Below, piece after piece: positions 7,920 to 17,578 of a DNA stretch of 30,225 nucleotides (positions within the stretch are counted from its first letter, which is position 1; every line of letters starts with the position of its first letter). The stretch is from Gammaproteobacteria bacterium (GTDB taxonomy: Bacteria > Pseudomonadota > Gammaproteobacteria > Berkiellales > Berkiellaceae), in NCBI GenBank assembly GCA_016874315.1, contig VGTX01000001.1:1-30225 (forward strand). Direction: 5' to 3'. The notes under the pieces were generated by a model, which searched no databases, was not told the origin of the DNA, and saw only the letters and a list, made by a program, of their open reading frames with translations. A program made the position numbers and the translations under genes.

Positions 7920-9383
7920 ATGCTAAAAACTTTTTATATTGAAACCTGGGGTTGCCAGATGAACGTGTATGACTCAGAGAAAATGAGTCAACTTCTAAAA
8001 AATACCCATCAAATGACTGCTGTTTCTAATCCAGAGGATGCAGATTTACTTTTATTGAATACATGTTCCATTCGTGAAAAGGCTGAAGAAAAGGTTTTTT
8101 CACTTCTAGGCCGTTGGAGAAAATTAAAGGCAGCCTCTCCTGAAAAACGTATTGGTGTCGGTGGATGTGTTGCTTCCCAAGAGGGAGAAAGAATCTTCGA
8201 TAGAGCACCCTATGTGGATTTTGTCTTTGGACCACAAACTTTGCAGCAATTGCCATTGTTTATACAGCGGTTGAAAGATGGCCAATCTCATTTCTTAAAT
8301 ATCGATTTTCTCCCGGATGAGAAGTTCGATCAACTTCCAACTCCTCAAACTTCTGGAGTCTCTGCGTTTGTCACCATTCAGGAAGGATGTTCAAAATACT
8401 GCAAATATTGTATCGTTCCTTTTACGAGGGGGCCTGAAGTCAATCGCAAAGTCGAAGATATTTTGAAAGAAGTAGGAATGCTTGCAATTCAAGGTGTTCG
8501 AGAAATTACTCTTCTTGGGCAAAACGTCAATGCTTATCGTGCGATTGATGAGTCTGGTCGATTTTTTGATTTGGCAGCATTGTTGTATCATTGCTCAAAA
8601 ATCCCTGGTATTGGACGACTAAGATTCACAACATCACATCCTGTTGAATTTACAGACACGCTTATTGCTGCATATAAGGATATTCCAGAGCTTGCATCTC
8701 ATTTACACTTGCCAGTCCAAAGTGGTTCCAATGCCATATTACAAGCAATGGGGCGCGGACATACGGCTCAAGAGTATCTTGATAAGATCGCTGCATTAAA
8801 AGCGGCACGACCAGATTTAACAATTACTTCAGATTTTATTATTGCGTATCCAGGCGAGACCGAAGAAAATTTTATGGATACCTTGAGGCTTGTTGATGCT
8901 GTGCAGTTCGATCAATCATTTTGCTTTATATATTCTCCACGTCCAGGAACATTAGCAGCATCGCTTGAGTGCACCATTCCTGATGAAGAAAAACATGCAA
9001 GATTAAAGCGACTACAAGCTAAACTCGATCAACATTCTCTCTCGCATCGTGAAAAGCTAAAAGGGACTATTCAACGAGTGTTAGTGGAGTCTTATGACCA
9101 TGAAACCCAGCGCGCAAAAGCTCGTACAGAAGGGAATGTGATTGTTCATGTGAACGATGCTTCTCCTCGAATGGCGGGGCTTTTTATTGATGCTTTGATT
9201 GAAGATGTTTTTGCTCATTCGCTAAGGGGGCGATTTTTAGCGATTCATGATCCATATTTAGATCAGAGGATGTCAGATCATCGAATGAGTAAGGAAACTA
9301 ATGGCGCACAAAGTATCGAAAAAAATCTCCGAACATCATGCGAATCAAACAACAGCTGTACAAGCCACAGCTGTAGCAGTTGA
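7920..9383 (+). CDS. miaB: tRNA-2-methylthio-N6-dimethylallyladenosine synthase (radical SAM)
   Basis: TWGCQMN, NTCSIREKAE, GGCVA, CSKYCKYC (CxxxCxxC), LHLPVQSGS and a TRAM-like C-terminus, followed by an extra tail of about 45 aa. Confidence 0.96.
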   Translation: MLKTFYIETWGCQMNVYDSEKMSQLLKNTHQMTAVSNPEDADLLLLNTCSIREKAEEKVFSLLGRWRKLKAASPEKRIGVGGCVASQEGERIFDRAPYVDFVFGPQTLQQLPLFIQRLKDGQSHFLNIDFLPDEKFDQLPTPQTSGVSAFVTIQEGCSKYCKYCIVPFTRGPEVNRKVEDILKEVGMLAIQGVREITLLGQNVNAYRAIDESGRFFDLAALLYHCSKIPGIGRLRFTTSHPVEFTDTLIAAYKDIPELASHLHLPVQSGSNAILQAMGRGHTAQEYLDKIAALKAARPDLTITSDFIIAYPGETEENFMDTLRLVDAVQFDQSFCFIYSPRPGTLAASLECTIPDEEKHARLKRLQAKLDQHSLSHREKLKGTIQRVLVESYDHETQRAKARTEGNVIVHVNDASPRMAGLFIDALIEDVFAHSLRGRFLAIHDPYLDQRMSDHRMSKETNGAQSIEKNLRTSCESNNSCTSHSCSS

Positions 9384-10284
9384 GTATGATCGCTTATCAT
9401 CGCGCCAACTTCAACTAATGTGTGGCGCGCTTGATGAGCACTTAGCCCTTATTGAGCAGTTTTATGATATCAATCTCACACGGCGCGGCCATATATTTTG
9501 GTTAACCGGAATGCCAGAGCATATTGTTGCTGCACAAAATTGTTTAAATCAATTGAGTCAGGTGGTCACAAGTGCTCATGTTGATCGCGTGGATTTAAAA
9601 TCCCTTATTTTTGAACCCGATTTGAAAAATCAGTCCATACAGGCACATAGAAACAGTGTGCGTTGCTATCCTAAACATCCATCTCAAAAGAAATATCAAT
9701 TAATGATTCAGTCTCATTGCATTACGTTTGGGATTGGACCCGCCGGAACAGGGAAGACATTTCTCGCCATTGCAGAGGCAGTCGCGGCCTTACAGCAACA
9801 CACGGTTGATCGTATTGTTTTGACTCGCCCTGCTGTTGAAGCTGGAGAGCATCTTGGCTTTCTCCCTGGAGATTTGCAGCAGAAAATCGATCCGTATCTT
9901 CGCCCATTATTTGATGCTTTAAATCAACTTTTGGGGCCTGAAACAGTGCAATCTTTGCTTGTAAAAAATATCATTGAAGTCGCACCTCTTGCATTTATGA
10001 GGGGAAGAACATTATCACACGCATTTGTTATTCTAGATGAAGCCCAAAACACAACTTCTACCCAAATGAAATTGTTTTTGACACGACTTGGTGAAGGATC
10101 GAAAATGGTCATTACTGGTGATTGCTCACAAATTGATTTGCCATCAAATCAATTGTCAGGATTACAAGAGGCTATCAAACTTCTGAAAGATATTCCTGAA
10201 ATAGGCTTTTATTTCTTTCAAAAAAACGATATTGTCAGACATCCACTTATAGGACAAATTATTGAGGCTTATGGAGATACCTGA
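9301..10284 (+). CDS. ybeZ: PhoH-family ATPase YbeZ
   Basis: GPAGTGKT Walker A, LTRPAVEAGEHLGFLPGDL, PYLRPLFDAL, APLAFMRGRTL, ILDEAQN. SD aagga before ATG 9301. miaB-ybeZ-ybeY-ybeX synteny. Confidence 0.95.
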   Translation: MAHKVSKKISEHHANQTTAVQATAVAVEYDRLSSRQLQLMCGALDEHLALIEQFYDINLTRRGHIFWLTGMPEHIVAAQNCLNQLSQVVTSAHVDRVDLKSLIFEPDLKNQSIQAHRNSVRCYPKHPSQKKYQLMIQSHCITFGIGPAGTGKTFLAIAEAVAALQQHTVDRIVLTRPAVEAGEHLGFLPGDLQQKIDPYLRPLFDALNQLLGPETVQSLLVKNIIEVAPLAFMRGRTLSHAFVILDEAQNTTSTQMKLFLTRLGEGSKMVITGDCSQIDLPSNQLSGLQEAIKLLKDIPEIGFYFFQKNDIVRHPLIGQIIEAYGDT

Positions 10285-10753
10285 TTGTAATATTGTGATA
10301 GAAGACGCAAGGTCTTTGCCCACATTGTGTGCGCCCGATCGCATTGAGCAGATTGTTAAAACATGCTACCCGTTGAATTCGGTTAGTATTGTCTTTGTAA
10401 CTCCTGCAACAATGCGACACCTTAATAACCTCTATCGCTCAAAATCTGGAGCAACAGATATGCTCACCTTTGCAGAAGAGCCTGGGACGGGAGATATGAT
10501 TGTCTGTAGTCCTCATATCGCAATTTATGCACGCAGATACGGCATTCCTTTTGAAGTTCGATTTTGGCACCTAATTGCACATGGCCTTGCTCATTTGCAG
10601 GACCTGAATCATTATGAGCCTAAAGAGAGAGAGCATTTCTTTCAGGTAGAGCGAAAGTTTTTTGAAAAAATATCCGAATTTCTGCCTTTTCTTAAAGCAT
10701 GGAGTTGGGATGATTACTATAAATATCACTATCAAATAGGAGAACACAGATGA
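10271..10753 (+). CDS. ybeY: rRNA maturation endoribonuclease YbeY
   Basis: HGLAHLQDLNH (H-x3-H-x5-H zinc motif), LNNLYR.K..ATDMLTF, synteny. ATG 10271 (SD gagg) preferred over TTG 10262. Confidence 0.88.
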   Translation: MEIPDCNIVIEDARSLPTLCAPDRIEQIVKTCYPLNSVSIVFVTPATMRHLNNLYRSKSGATDMLTFAEEPGTGDMIVCSPHIAIYARRYGIPFEVRFWHLIAHGLAHLQDLNHYEPKEREHFFQVERKFFEKISEFLPFLKAWSWDDYYKYHYQIGEHR

Positions 10754-11595
10754 AACCCTTGTCGGCGGTTATACAAGCATTATGGCCAACGTATCAATCC
10801 GATAAACAAGAAAAAATTATGACATTTCTCCAAGAAATGTCCGCAGATGCTACAACCGCCGGGCTTGTTCGTGGAGCATTAAATCTTCATGATTTACGAG
10901 TCGTTGATATCATGATCCCAAAAGCACAGATTGTGAGTTTGAAAATGAATGACTCTTTTGAAAAGATTATGGAAGTCTTTAAAGAGTTTACTCATTCTCG
11001 ATATCCAGTTTTTGACGATCATGGTTTTTACGTCAAGGGTATAGTAATTGTTCGTGATTTGGTTACTATTCTTGCACAAGATGATAAATCAGAATTTACA
11101 TTAGAACCCTATATTAGGCCTCCACTCCTTGTTCCATTTTCTAGACGATTACATGATGTCTTAAACGATTTTAGACGTATGAGAACACACATGGCACTCG
11201 CCACTGATGAGCATGGACTATGTTGCGGACTGATTACTATTGAAAATGTTCTCGAACAAATCGTAGGTCAAATTCAAGATGAACATGATGAGGGAGAAGG
11301 AAATTCACAGCCAGTCATTGCTCAAGCTGAGGCAAATACCTTTTCTGTGCGTGCAGATTGCACATTGAGTGAGTTTTCTCAAAAATTCAATATCCAAACA
11401 TATGAAGAAGATGAATTTGATACATTAGGTGGATTTGTCACCCATCTTTTCGGATACTTGCCAGTCGAGGGCGAAAGTGTAGCTTTTGGCGATTTGACAT
11501 TTAAAGTCCTTGCTACCGACCAGAGAAAATTGAGGCTTATAGAAGTGCAAGATCGACGCTCCGATCGGCAGTCCCATCAAATGATGCCCGAATAA
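10750..11595 (+). CDS. corC: CBS-domain Mg/Co transport protein CorC/YbeX
   Basis: VVDIMIPK, HSRYPV, HMALATDEHG...GLITIENVLEQIVGQIQDEHD, C-terminal DTLGGF CorC_HlyC domain. ATGA overlap with ybeY. Confidence 0.9.
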   Translation: MKPLSAVIQALWPTYQSDKQEKIMTFLQEMSADATTAGLVRGALNLHDLRVVDIMIPKAQIVSLKMNDSFEKIMEVFKEFTHSRYPVFDDHGFYVKGIVIVRDLVTILAQDDKSEFTLEPYIRPPLLVPFSRRLHDVLNDFRRMRTHMALATDEHGLCCGLITIENVLEQIVGQIQDEHDEGEGNSQPVIAQAEANTFSVRADCTLSEFSQKFNIQTYEEDEFDTLGGFVTHLFGYLPVEGESVAFGDLTFKVLATDQRKLRLIEVQDRRSDRQSHQMMPE

Positions 11596-11624
11596 TATCT
11601 GTTTTGATACATTTATAAAAAATA

Positions 11625-11666
11625 AAGTATGGTATTTCTTTGAAACTATAGAGGAAATCCATACTT
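11625..11666. other. Intergenic hairpin between corC and rsfS
   Basis: aagtatgg(11625-11632)/ccatactt(11659-11666), extendable through atttcttt/gaggaaat with G-U pairs and one bulge. No clear U tract. Confidence 0.4.
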
Positions 11667-11718
11667 CATGATAACATTAGGCCTATCTAAAATCCTATAT
11701 TATGTGTAATTAAACATT

Positions 11719-12069
11719 ATGTCTTTGTTAGAAAAAACACTTATTGCTGCTCTTGAAGATCGAAAAGCAGTCGATTTAGCACGAGTAGATGTGCGTCCTT
11801 GGAGCGATCAGTTTCATGTATTCTTAATTGCAACAGCAACATCAGGCCGTCACGCAATGGCAATCGCTGATTATTTAAGTGAAACACTTAAACATCACGA
11901 AGCTTTCGGGAAGCCTGTACGCATCCAAAAAGATGCAGAAGCAGAATGGATTTTGATGGATTTTGACACGATTATTGTCCATATCATGCAACAAGAAGCT
12001 CGTCATTTTTATAATCTTGAAAAGCTTTGGATGACTCCGTCTGCAGGGCCGCGCTCAACATCGCTATGA
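11719..12069 (+). CDS. rsfS: Ribosome silencing factor RsfS (Iojap)
   Basis: ALEDRKAVDL..VDV, FLIATATSGRH..AIA, EWILMDFDTIIVHIM, RHFYNLEKLW. Confidence 0.93.
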   Translation: MSLLEKTLIAALEDRKAVDLARVDVRPWSDQFHVFLIATATSGRHAMAIADYLSETLKHHEAFGKPVRIQKDAEAEWILMDFDTIIVHIMQQEARHFYNLEKLWMTPSAGPRSTSL

Positions 12070-12539
12070 CTCAATGGACAATTGTTTCATTCCAAGATAG
12101 CAAGCTTTCCCCTTGGGTCAATGCTGGCCTCGACCACTATTTGAAAAAAATGCAGCACTGGGTGCAGTTGCGACATATCACAATCTCCCCAACGGGAGGG
12201 CGTGATGAAAATTTTGCAAAACAGCAAGATTGGCGCAAATTTTTAAATCAAAAAAGTTTGCAAGGCCATACTATTGTCTTATGTGATGCTCGTGGGCCCG
12301 ACCGGCAATCCATGCAGTTTGCCGCACATGTTCAGAAGTGGGTTGATTTAAGACCAGGAGTTTGTTTTATCATTGGTCCAACTTATGGCTTAGATCGTCA
12401 GTGGGTTGCTAATGCCCATGAGTGCATCAAGCTTTCAAGCTTGATCTTTACTCATGAGCTTGCTCAGCTCGTTCTGGCAGAGCAGTTATATCGTGGCCTA
12501 ACGATATCTGCAGGCATCCCTTATCATCATGAAGGGTGA
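12066..12539 (+). CDS. rlmH: 23S rRNA m3Psi1915 methyltransferase RlmH
   Basis: LCDARG, CFIIGPTYGL, LSSLIFTHELAQLVLAEQLYRG...PYHH. ATG 12066 overlaps the rsfS stop (ATGA) and is preferred over 12027. Confidence 0.92.
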   Translation: MTQWTIVSFQDSKLSPWVNAGLDHYLKKMQHWVQLRHITISPTGGRDENFAKQQDWRKFLNQKSLQGHTIVLCDARGPDRQSMQFAAHVQKWVDLRPGVCFIIGPTYGLDRQWVANAHECIKLSSLIFTHELAQLVLAEQLYRGLTISAGIPYHHEG

Positions 12540-14212
12540 GCGCGTTGCTCAAGTAAAACTTTTAATTCACGTTTCACAATTTTTCCTACAGGAGATTTTG
12601 GTAGCTGATCGAAAAACAGAAATGTTTTTGGAATCTTGTACCCTGTTAAAAGATGTCGACAATGCTGTTCTAAATCTGATTTCGAGCACTCAAACCCCTT
12701 TCTTACTACACAGCATGCTGTAATTGAAATAATACCATCAGTATCTGTTTCTCCTAAAGCAGCAGCCTCTTCGATTGCAGGATGTTGCAAGAGAACATGT
12801 TCGATCTCTGATGGATAAACTTTGAATCCTGAAATAATAATTAAATCTTTTTGCCGATCGACCAAATAAACAAAGCCTTTTTCATCTTGGTATCCAACAT
12901 CACCAGTATGGAGCCATCCATCTGCACTAATTGTTTCGGCAGTTTCATCTGGTTTTTTCCAATACCCCTTCATAACTTGAGGGCCTCGTACACATAGCTC
13001 ACCGCGCTCTTCATGATTGGTAATCCACTTGCCATCTGGATCGCGAAATTTAATTTCCGTATCATCGATTGGCAATCCAATGCTGCCATTAAAAGCCTTC
13101 AGATCTAAAGGATTAATGCAGACACCTGGAGACGCTTCAGTTAAGCCATACGCTTGAATGATCACCGATTTGGTTTGTTGTTGCCAAGCATCAGCGACTT
13201 TTTGCGAAACAGCCATCCCTCCGCCAAGTACAATTTTTAATCGACTTGTATCAAGATTTTTAAAATCTGGGTATTTTAATAAACCTTGAAATAATGTATT
13301 AACCCCACAAAGAACATCTACTGGGTAACGGCGCCAATCTTTTAAAAAGTTGCGCATATCTCGCGGATTAATAATCAAAACATTTTCCGATCCAAGCACG
13401 AAAAATGCCAGAAAGTTCGCTGTTAATGAAAAGATATGATACAGCGGTAGAGCGGTCATAATCCGGAAATTTTCAGGATGCGCATAGTATTTCTTTATCC
13501 ATTGTGCTGCTTGACGTACATTCGCACCGAGATTTCCATGTGAGAGCATTGCCCCTTTAGGTACACCTGTTGTTCCGCCGGTATATTGAAGAAAAGCAAG
13601 ATCGTCTGTCGTGAGTGTTACATCCAGGGCCTCAGCGTGCGTACTATTAAAAGAATGCAAGAGTGAGCGTAGCCAAAAAGAACGTTGGTATAATTTTGGA
13701 TCCATTTTGGGAATGCTGCGCATGATATAATGCTGAGCAACATATATTGCCCACATTTTCCATGTTGGATGAAAATCGCCAACAGTTGTTGCAATACAAG
13801 TAATGTTTAAATCTGGACACTCTTGAAAAGCTTCAGAAACAACTTGATTAAAATTTTCTAAATATATAAAAATCTTTGGCTCGGCATCTCTTAAAACATG
13901 CTCTAATTCGCGCGCTGTATAGAGTGGGTTAATATTAACCATAACAGCACCAATTTCTAAACCAGCCTGCGCGCAAATAATAAATTGAATAGTATTTGGT
14001 AAGAAAAGGGCAATTCTATCGCCTTTTTGAATGCCAAATTGATGTTGAAATATCGCAGCTAATTTTCGAACATGTAAATCAACATCTTCATAGGTCAAAG
14101 CAGTGTTTTGACTTATCAGTGCAGTCGATTTTTTGTATTTTTTTCGTGAATCGCGCAAAAGATCTCTTAAAATCGGGGAATAACTTGGGGATGTTACAGT
14201 GTCCACAATCAA
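12527..14212 (-). CDS. fadD: Long-chain fatty acid-CoA ligase
   Basis: VNINPLYTARELEH, LQYTGGTTGVPKGAMLSHGN, LPLYHIF, QAYGLTEASP, GWLHTGD, VDRQKDLIIISGFKVYPSEIE, PKSPVGKI. Exact start uncertain (TTG 14212 or GTG 14206). Confidence 0.93.
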   Translation of the reverse strand: MIVDTVTSPSYSPILRDLLRDSRKKYKKSTALISQNTALTYEDVDLHVRKLAAIFQHQFGIQKGDRIALFLPNTIQFIICAQAGLEIGAVMVNINPLYTARELEHVLRDAEPKIFIYLENFNQVVSEAFQECPDLNITCIATTVGDFHPTWKMWAIYVAQHYIMRSIPKMDPKLYQRSFWLRSLLHSFNSTHAEALDVTLTTDDLAFLQYTGGTTGVPKGAMLSHGNLGANVRQAAQWIKKYYAHPENFRIMTALPLYHIFSLTANFLAFFVLGSENVLIINPRDMRNFLKDWRRYPVDVLCGVNTLFQGLLKYPDFKNLDTSRLKIVLGGGMAVSQKVADAWQQQTKSVIIQAYGLTEASPGVCINPLDLKAFNGSIGLPIDDTEIKFRDPDGKWITNHEERGELCVRGPQVMKGYWKKPDETAETISADGWLHTGDVGYQDEKGFVYLVDRQKDLIIISGFKVYPSEIEHVLLQHPAIEEAAALGETDTDGIISITACCVVRKGFECSKSDLEQHCRHLLTGYKIPKTFLFFDQLPKSPVGKIVKRELKVLLEQRAHPS

Positions 14213-14278
14213 TCCTAACTTCAGGTTATAGTGCCGTTCAGTTTAGACTATTGTGTTCAACCTGCGCTATCCTAAGCT

Positions 14279-15112
14279 TTATATAGAAATTTGTGCTTTG
14301 ATGGTTGGATGCGGATCGTAGCCTTCAATAACAAAATCAGATAGCTCATACTCAAATATTGAATTTGGTTTGCGTAAAATTTTCAACGTTGGTAATGGTC
14401 GAATATCGCGCGTTAATTGTAAGCGAGCTTGTTCAAAATGATTTTGATAAAGATGTAAATCACCAATCGATAAAATAACTTCACCAACACCCAAATCACA
14501 TTGATGAGCCAACATATGTGTTAAGAGCGCAGCACTTGCTAGGTTATAAGGGTGTCCTAAAAAAAGATCGTTAGAGCGGATATAAAGTAGGCATGAAAGC
14601 TTATCATCTTGCACATAAAACTGATACAACAAATGACATGGAGGTAGCGCCATACGACCAGCTCGAACATTATCTTGGGGGCTGATTGTTTCATCGGGAA
14701 GATATGCAACATTCCATCCGTGAAACAAGTGACGTCTACTATAGGGATTTGTTTTGAGATTGTGGACAAGCTGTCCAATCTGATCGATTGTGCCGCCTTG
14801 TCTATCTGGCCATTTTCGCCATTGAACACCATATACAGGACCCAATTCTCCATCTTCGGTTGCCCATTCATCCCATATTGTAATTCCATTCTTGTGAAGT
14901 GGTGCAATATTCGATTCGCCCGAAAGAAACCAGAGCAGCTCTCCTGCAATAGATTTCCAGTGTAATTTTTTTGTTGTTAGAAGAGGAAATCCCTCATTTA
15001 AATCGTGTCTGACTTGACGGCCAAATACAGAAATTGTCCCCGTGCCTGTCCTGTCCGATCGTGATTTTCCATTCTTTAAAACATCATTCAGCAGATCATG
15101 ATAAATTTTCAT
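14279..15112 (-). CDS. thyA: Thymidylate synthase (277-aa insert-bearing type)
   Basis: [68 protein letters not shown] 15112 (MKIYHDLL) overlaps the end of lgt. Confidence 0.96.
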   Translation of the reverse strand: MKIYHDLLNDVLKNGKSRSDRTGTGTISVFGRQVRHDLNEGFPLLTTKKLHWKSIAGELLWFLSGESNIAPLHKNGITIWDEWATEDGELGPVYGVQWRKWPDRQGGTIDQIGQLVHNLKTNPYSRRHLFHGWNVAYLPDETISPQDNVRAGRMALPPCHLLYQFYVQDDKLSCLLYIRSNDLFLGHPYNLASAALLTHMLAHQCDLGVGEVILSIGDLHLYQNHFEQARLQLTRDIRPLPTLKILRKPNSIFEYELSDFVIEGYDPHPTIKAQISI

Positions 15113-15917
15113 ATGATAAGTCCTGTTTTTGAGAAAGGTGTAAGAGGTGTAAGACATAAAGTCCAGCAAAAATCATACAAATGCATAACCATTGCCCTAA
15201 TGTTAAGCCAAATGTAAGAAAGCCAATTTGATGGTCGGGCATCCGATAATACTCAAGCATGAGTCGGATAAGACCGTATGATATTAAAAATATCCCAGAT
15301 AAGAATTTAGGGTGTTTTCCATAGTGATAATCTGCGTAATACATAATCCAGCCTAGGATGATCCCCTCTCCGAATGCTTCATATAACTGAGACGGATGTC
15401 GAGGAATAAGTAAACGGTCACCATATGGAAAAATCACGCCAAATGAATCTAATCCCGTTGGACGGCCTAACAGCTCACTATTTAAGAAATTTCCAATCCT
15501 GCCTACAAGCAGACTCCATGGAACCCAGCGAGCCGTTCGATCTAAGAGTGTCCACATTGTTTCAACGCCATATTTTTTATAGCAAATATAACCCGATACA
15601 CAGGCTCCGAGTACTCCGCCATGAAAAGACAACCCATTCAGTGCAAAGAGGGCTTTTAGCCAGATTTTGGGTGATGTATAGAACACGACATACCCAATTT
15701 TGGCGCCTAATAAAATACAGGCAATAACCATGGATAAGAGATTTTCAAATAAAATTTTTTGAGGGCGGATATACTTATCTGATGAAAAAAAGTGAGTGAA
15801 CAAGAACATGCCGGTTGCAAAGCAAATGCCATACCAGCGAATATCAATTGGCCCAATTGAAAATGCAATCGGATGAATGTTCATTGTGAAGATAGCAGAA
15901 TAAGGTAAAAAACTCAC
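15096..15917 (-). CDS. lgt: Prolipoprotein diacylglyceryl transferase
   Basis: [55 protein letters not shown]. lgt-thyA synteny. Start GTG 15917 or ATG 15884. Confidence 0.94.
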   Translation of the reverse strand: MSFLPYSAIFTMNIHPIAFSIGPIDIRWYGICFATGMFLFTHFFSSDKYIRPQKILFENLLSMVIACILLGAKIGYVVFYTSPKIWLKALFALNGLSFHGGVLGACVSGYICYKKYGVETMWTLLDRTARWVPWSLLVGRIGNFLNSELLGRPTGLDSFGVIFPYGDRLLIPRHPSQLYEAFGEGIILGWIMYYADYHYGKHPKFLSGIFLISYGLIRLMLEYYRMPDHQIGFLTFGLTLGQWLCICMIFAGLYVLHLLHLSQKQDLSYENLS

Positions 15918-15975
15918 AAAAGCTCTATTTCACTTTAAGATTGAAGTTATTCTAGCAAGGTTATGCGCGATCGGG

Positions 15976-16033
15976 AAGGTTGATGATGTATTCGACTAAC
16001 TTTCTAAGAATAGAGTCGAATACACCATCCCTT
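15976..16033. repeat. Long imperfect inverted repeat between the MFS gene and lgt
   Basis: Perfect 11-bp core tgtattcgact(15987-15997)/agtcgaataca(16014-16024), extended by gatg/catc and aagg/cctt. Confidence 0.75.
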
Positions 16034-16045
16034 ATCTTAAGAGGA

Positions 16046-17344
16046 TTATTTTGATGTAGATGGGTGAGATTTTTCATCAAATGGATTTGGTTTTTCCATC
16101 ATCATCAACACAATTGAAAGAAATACACTTATCCATAGAGCATATTCAATACAGGAAAATGCTTTCTGATAGTTGTGAAGAACTGATGTTGTCGCCTGTG
16201 GATTCGCAAGACGCTGATCGAGAAGGAATCCAATAAGCTGCTGTGCAATTGCTCCGCACAAGGTGTTCATTGTATTCATAACCCCAGATGCCGTTGCTGC
16301 CATAGATTCATGGTTGGCCTCTTTTGCTGAAGTAAAAGCTAAGATAAAGCCAGCAGATGTTAGTCCTAAAATGAAAAATAGAAACGTCCACATTGAAACA
16401 TCTGTGAGCGCAAAATTTGGCTCCGCAATCATTCGGTAAATGAGTGCCACGCAAAAACTTGAAGAAATCATTAGCCAAGAGCGTTCAATGAATTCTGTTA
16501 AAAATCCAAAAACAAAACTTCCAATTGCCCAGCCAATAAATAATGTTGGCACGATTTGATGTGCTGCTTCGCGGCTGAGCCCAATAGCTTCAACAAGAAA
16601 CGCAATGCCCCATGCTTCGCCTAAGGCTAATGTTGGTGTATACATAAGTCCAGCATAGAAAGCTGCAACCCAAGTGCATGGATTTTTTAGAACAAGGATT
16701 AATTCATCTTTGAGTTGTTTTGTAGATTTTACTTCCTCAACAGGGTGTGCTGAGTGGTTTGGTAATAGTAAAACCATCAGACCTGCGATTCCAACTCCGA
16801 CAAAAAATAAGATATAAAAAACATCTTGCCAATGCGGCATCTTGTGGAGAACCGGTCCAAGTAACGCTTGCCCAAATGCAGCACCAGACATTCCAATCAT
16901 CACTGTGAGTCCAGTAAGCATTGAGAAATGACGAGCTTCAAATTCCATTGCAGCCACCTTAAAGCATCCAATAACAGCAAATGCTCCGCCGATTCCAGTT
17001 AAAAATCTACCGAGAATGGCAGCTTGATACGTTGTGGCCATACCAAAAAGTAGTGAGCCAAAAGCACAAAGAAGTGCAGCATAAGGCAGGATACGACGAG
17101 GACCATAACGATCGAGTAAAAGTCCAACAGGAATTTGCATTGCTGCATAAGCATAGAGAAGGAATGCTGCAATTGCACCAAACCCCTGCGCAGAGAGATT
17201 AAATTGAGATTGAATTTCAGGTTTTAAAACACTAGGAACAACTTGAAGGAGGAATTGATAAAAATAAAAAGCGCAAGCAGTAATCCAAGCAAGGATACGA
17301 TAATGTAGTTGAGCTCTATCTAACGGCGTTAATTTTTTTTGCAT
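16046..17344 (-). CDS. MFS transporter, Pht (phagosomal transporter)-like
   Basis: 12-TM pattern with AFYFYQFLLQVVPSV, YAYAAMQIPVGLLLDRYGPRR, GRFLTGIGGAFA, GLMYTPT..GEAWG..FL and ATASGVMNT. These resemble Legionella/Coxiella Pht proteins as I recall them. Confidence 0.85.
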   Translation of the reverse strand: MQKKLTPLDRAQLHYRILAWITACAFYFYQFLLQVVPSVLKPEIQSQFNLSAQGFGAIAAFLLYAYAAMQIPVGLLLDRYGPRRILPYAALLCAFGSLLFGMATTYQAAILGRFLTGIGGAFAVIGCFKVAAMEFEARHFSMLTGLTVMIGMSGAAFGQALLGPVLHKMPHWQDVFYILFFVGVGIAGLMVLLLPNHSAHPVEEVKSTKQLKDELILVLKNPCTWVAAFYAGLMYTPTLALGEAWGIAFLVEAIGLSREAAHQIVPTLFIGWAIGSFVFGFLTEFIERSWLMISSSFCVALIYRMIAEPNFALTDVSMWTFLFFILGLTSAGFILAFTSAKEANHESMAATASGVMNTMNTLCGAIAQQLIGFLLDQRLANPQATTSVLHNYQKAFSCIEYALWISVFLSIVLMMMEKPNPFDEKSHPSTSK

Positions 17345-17578
17345 GTTGCACTTTCCTTTGATAAATCATGAGCAAGAATGATCTTGTCATATAAAACATA
17401 TAAGAATCAATATGTTCTAGTAAAAATACTTTGGTTTTATTTTATGGTTAATATAATATTCATGAAATTCATAAAGATACATACTTTTATTTAACGATTT
17501 TCAATTCATCCTCTCGTGTTATTTCGCTATTTTTGTTAATCTGTACAACATATTTTATCCAAATATGAGTTCTAAACT

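Noticed and set aside
9352-9375. Two copies of the palindrome acagctgt(a) 15 nt apart
   Set aside because: Explained by the repeated T-A-V codons at the YbeZ N-terminus; too short and too few for a repeat array or CRISPR.
10565-10581. TGGCAC-ctaa-TTGCA resembling a sigma-54 promoter
   Set aside because: Spacing is N4 rather than N5 (GG-N9-GC), and it lies inside the ybeY zinc-motif codons.
14222-14263. caggtt/aacctg and atagt/actat nested repeats between thyA and fadD
   Set aside because: Short stems with a large asymmetric bulge and no U tract; not distinguishable from chance.
14557-14965. Alternative-frame ORFs (130 aa minus, 96 aa plus) inside thyA
   Set aside because: Fully nested in a conserved gene, with no coding features of their own.
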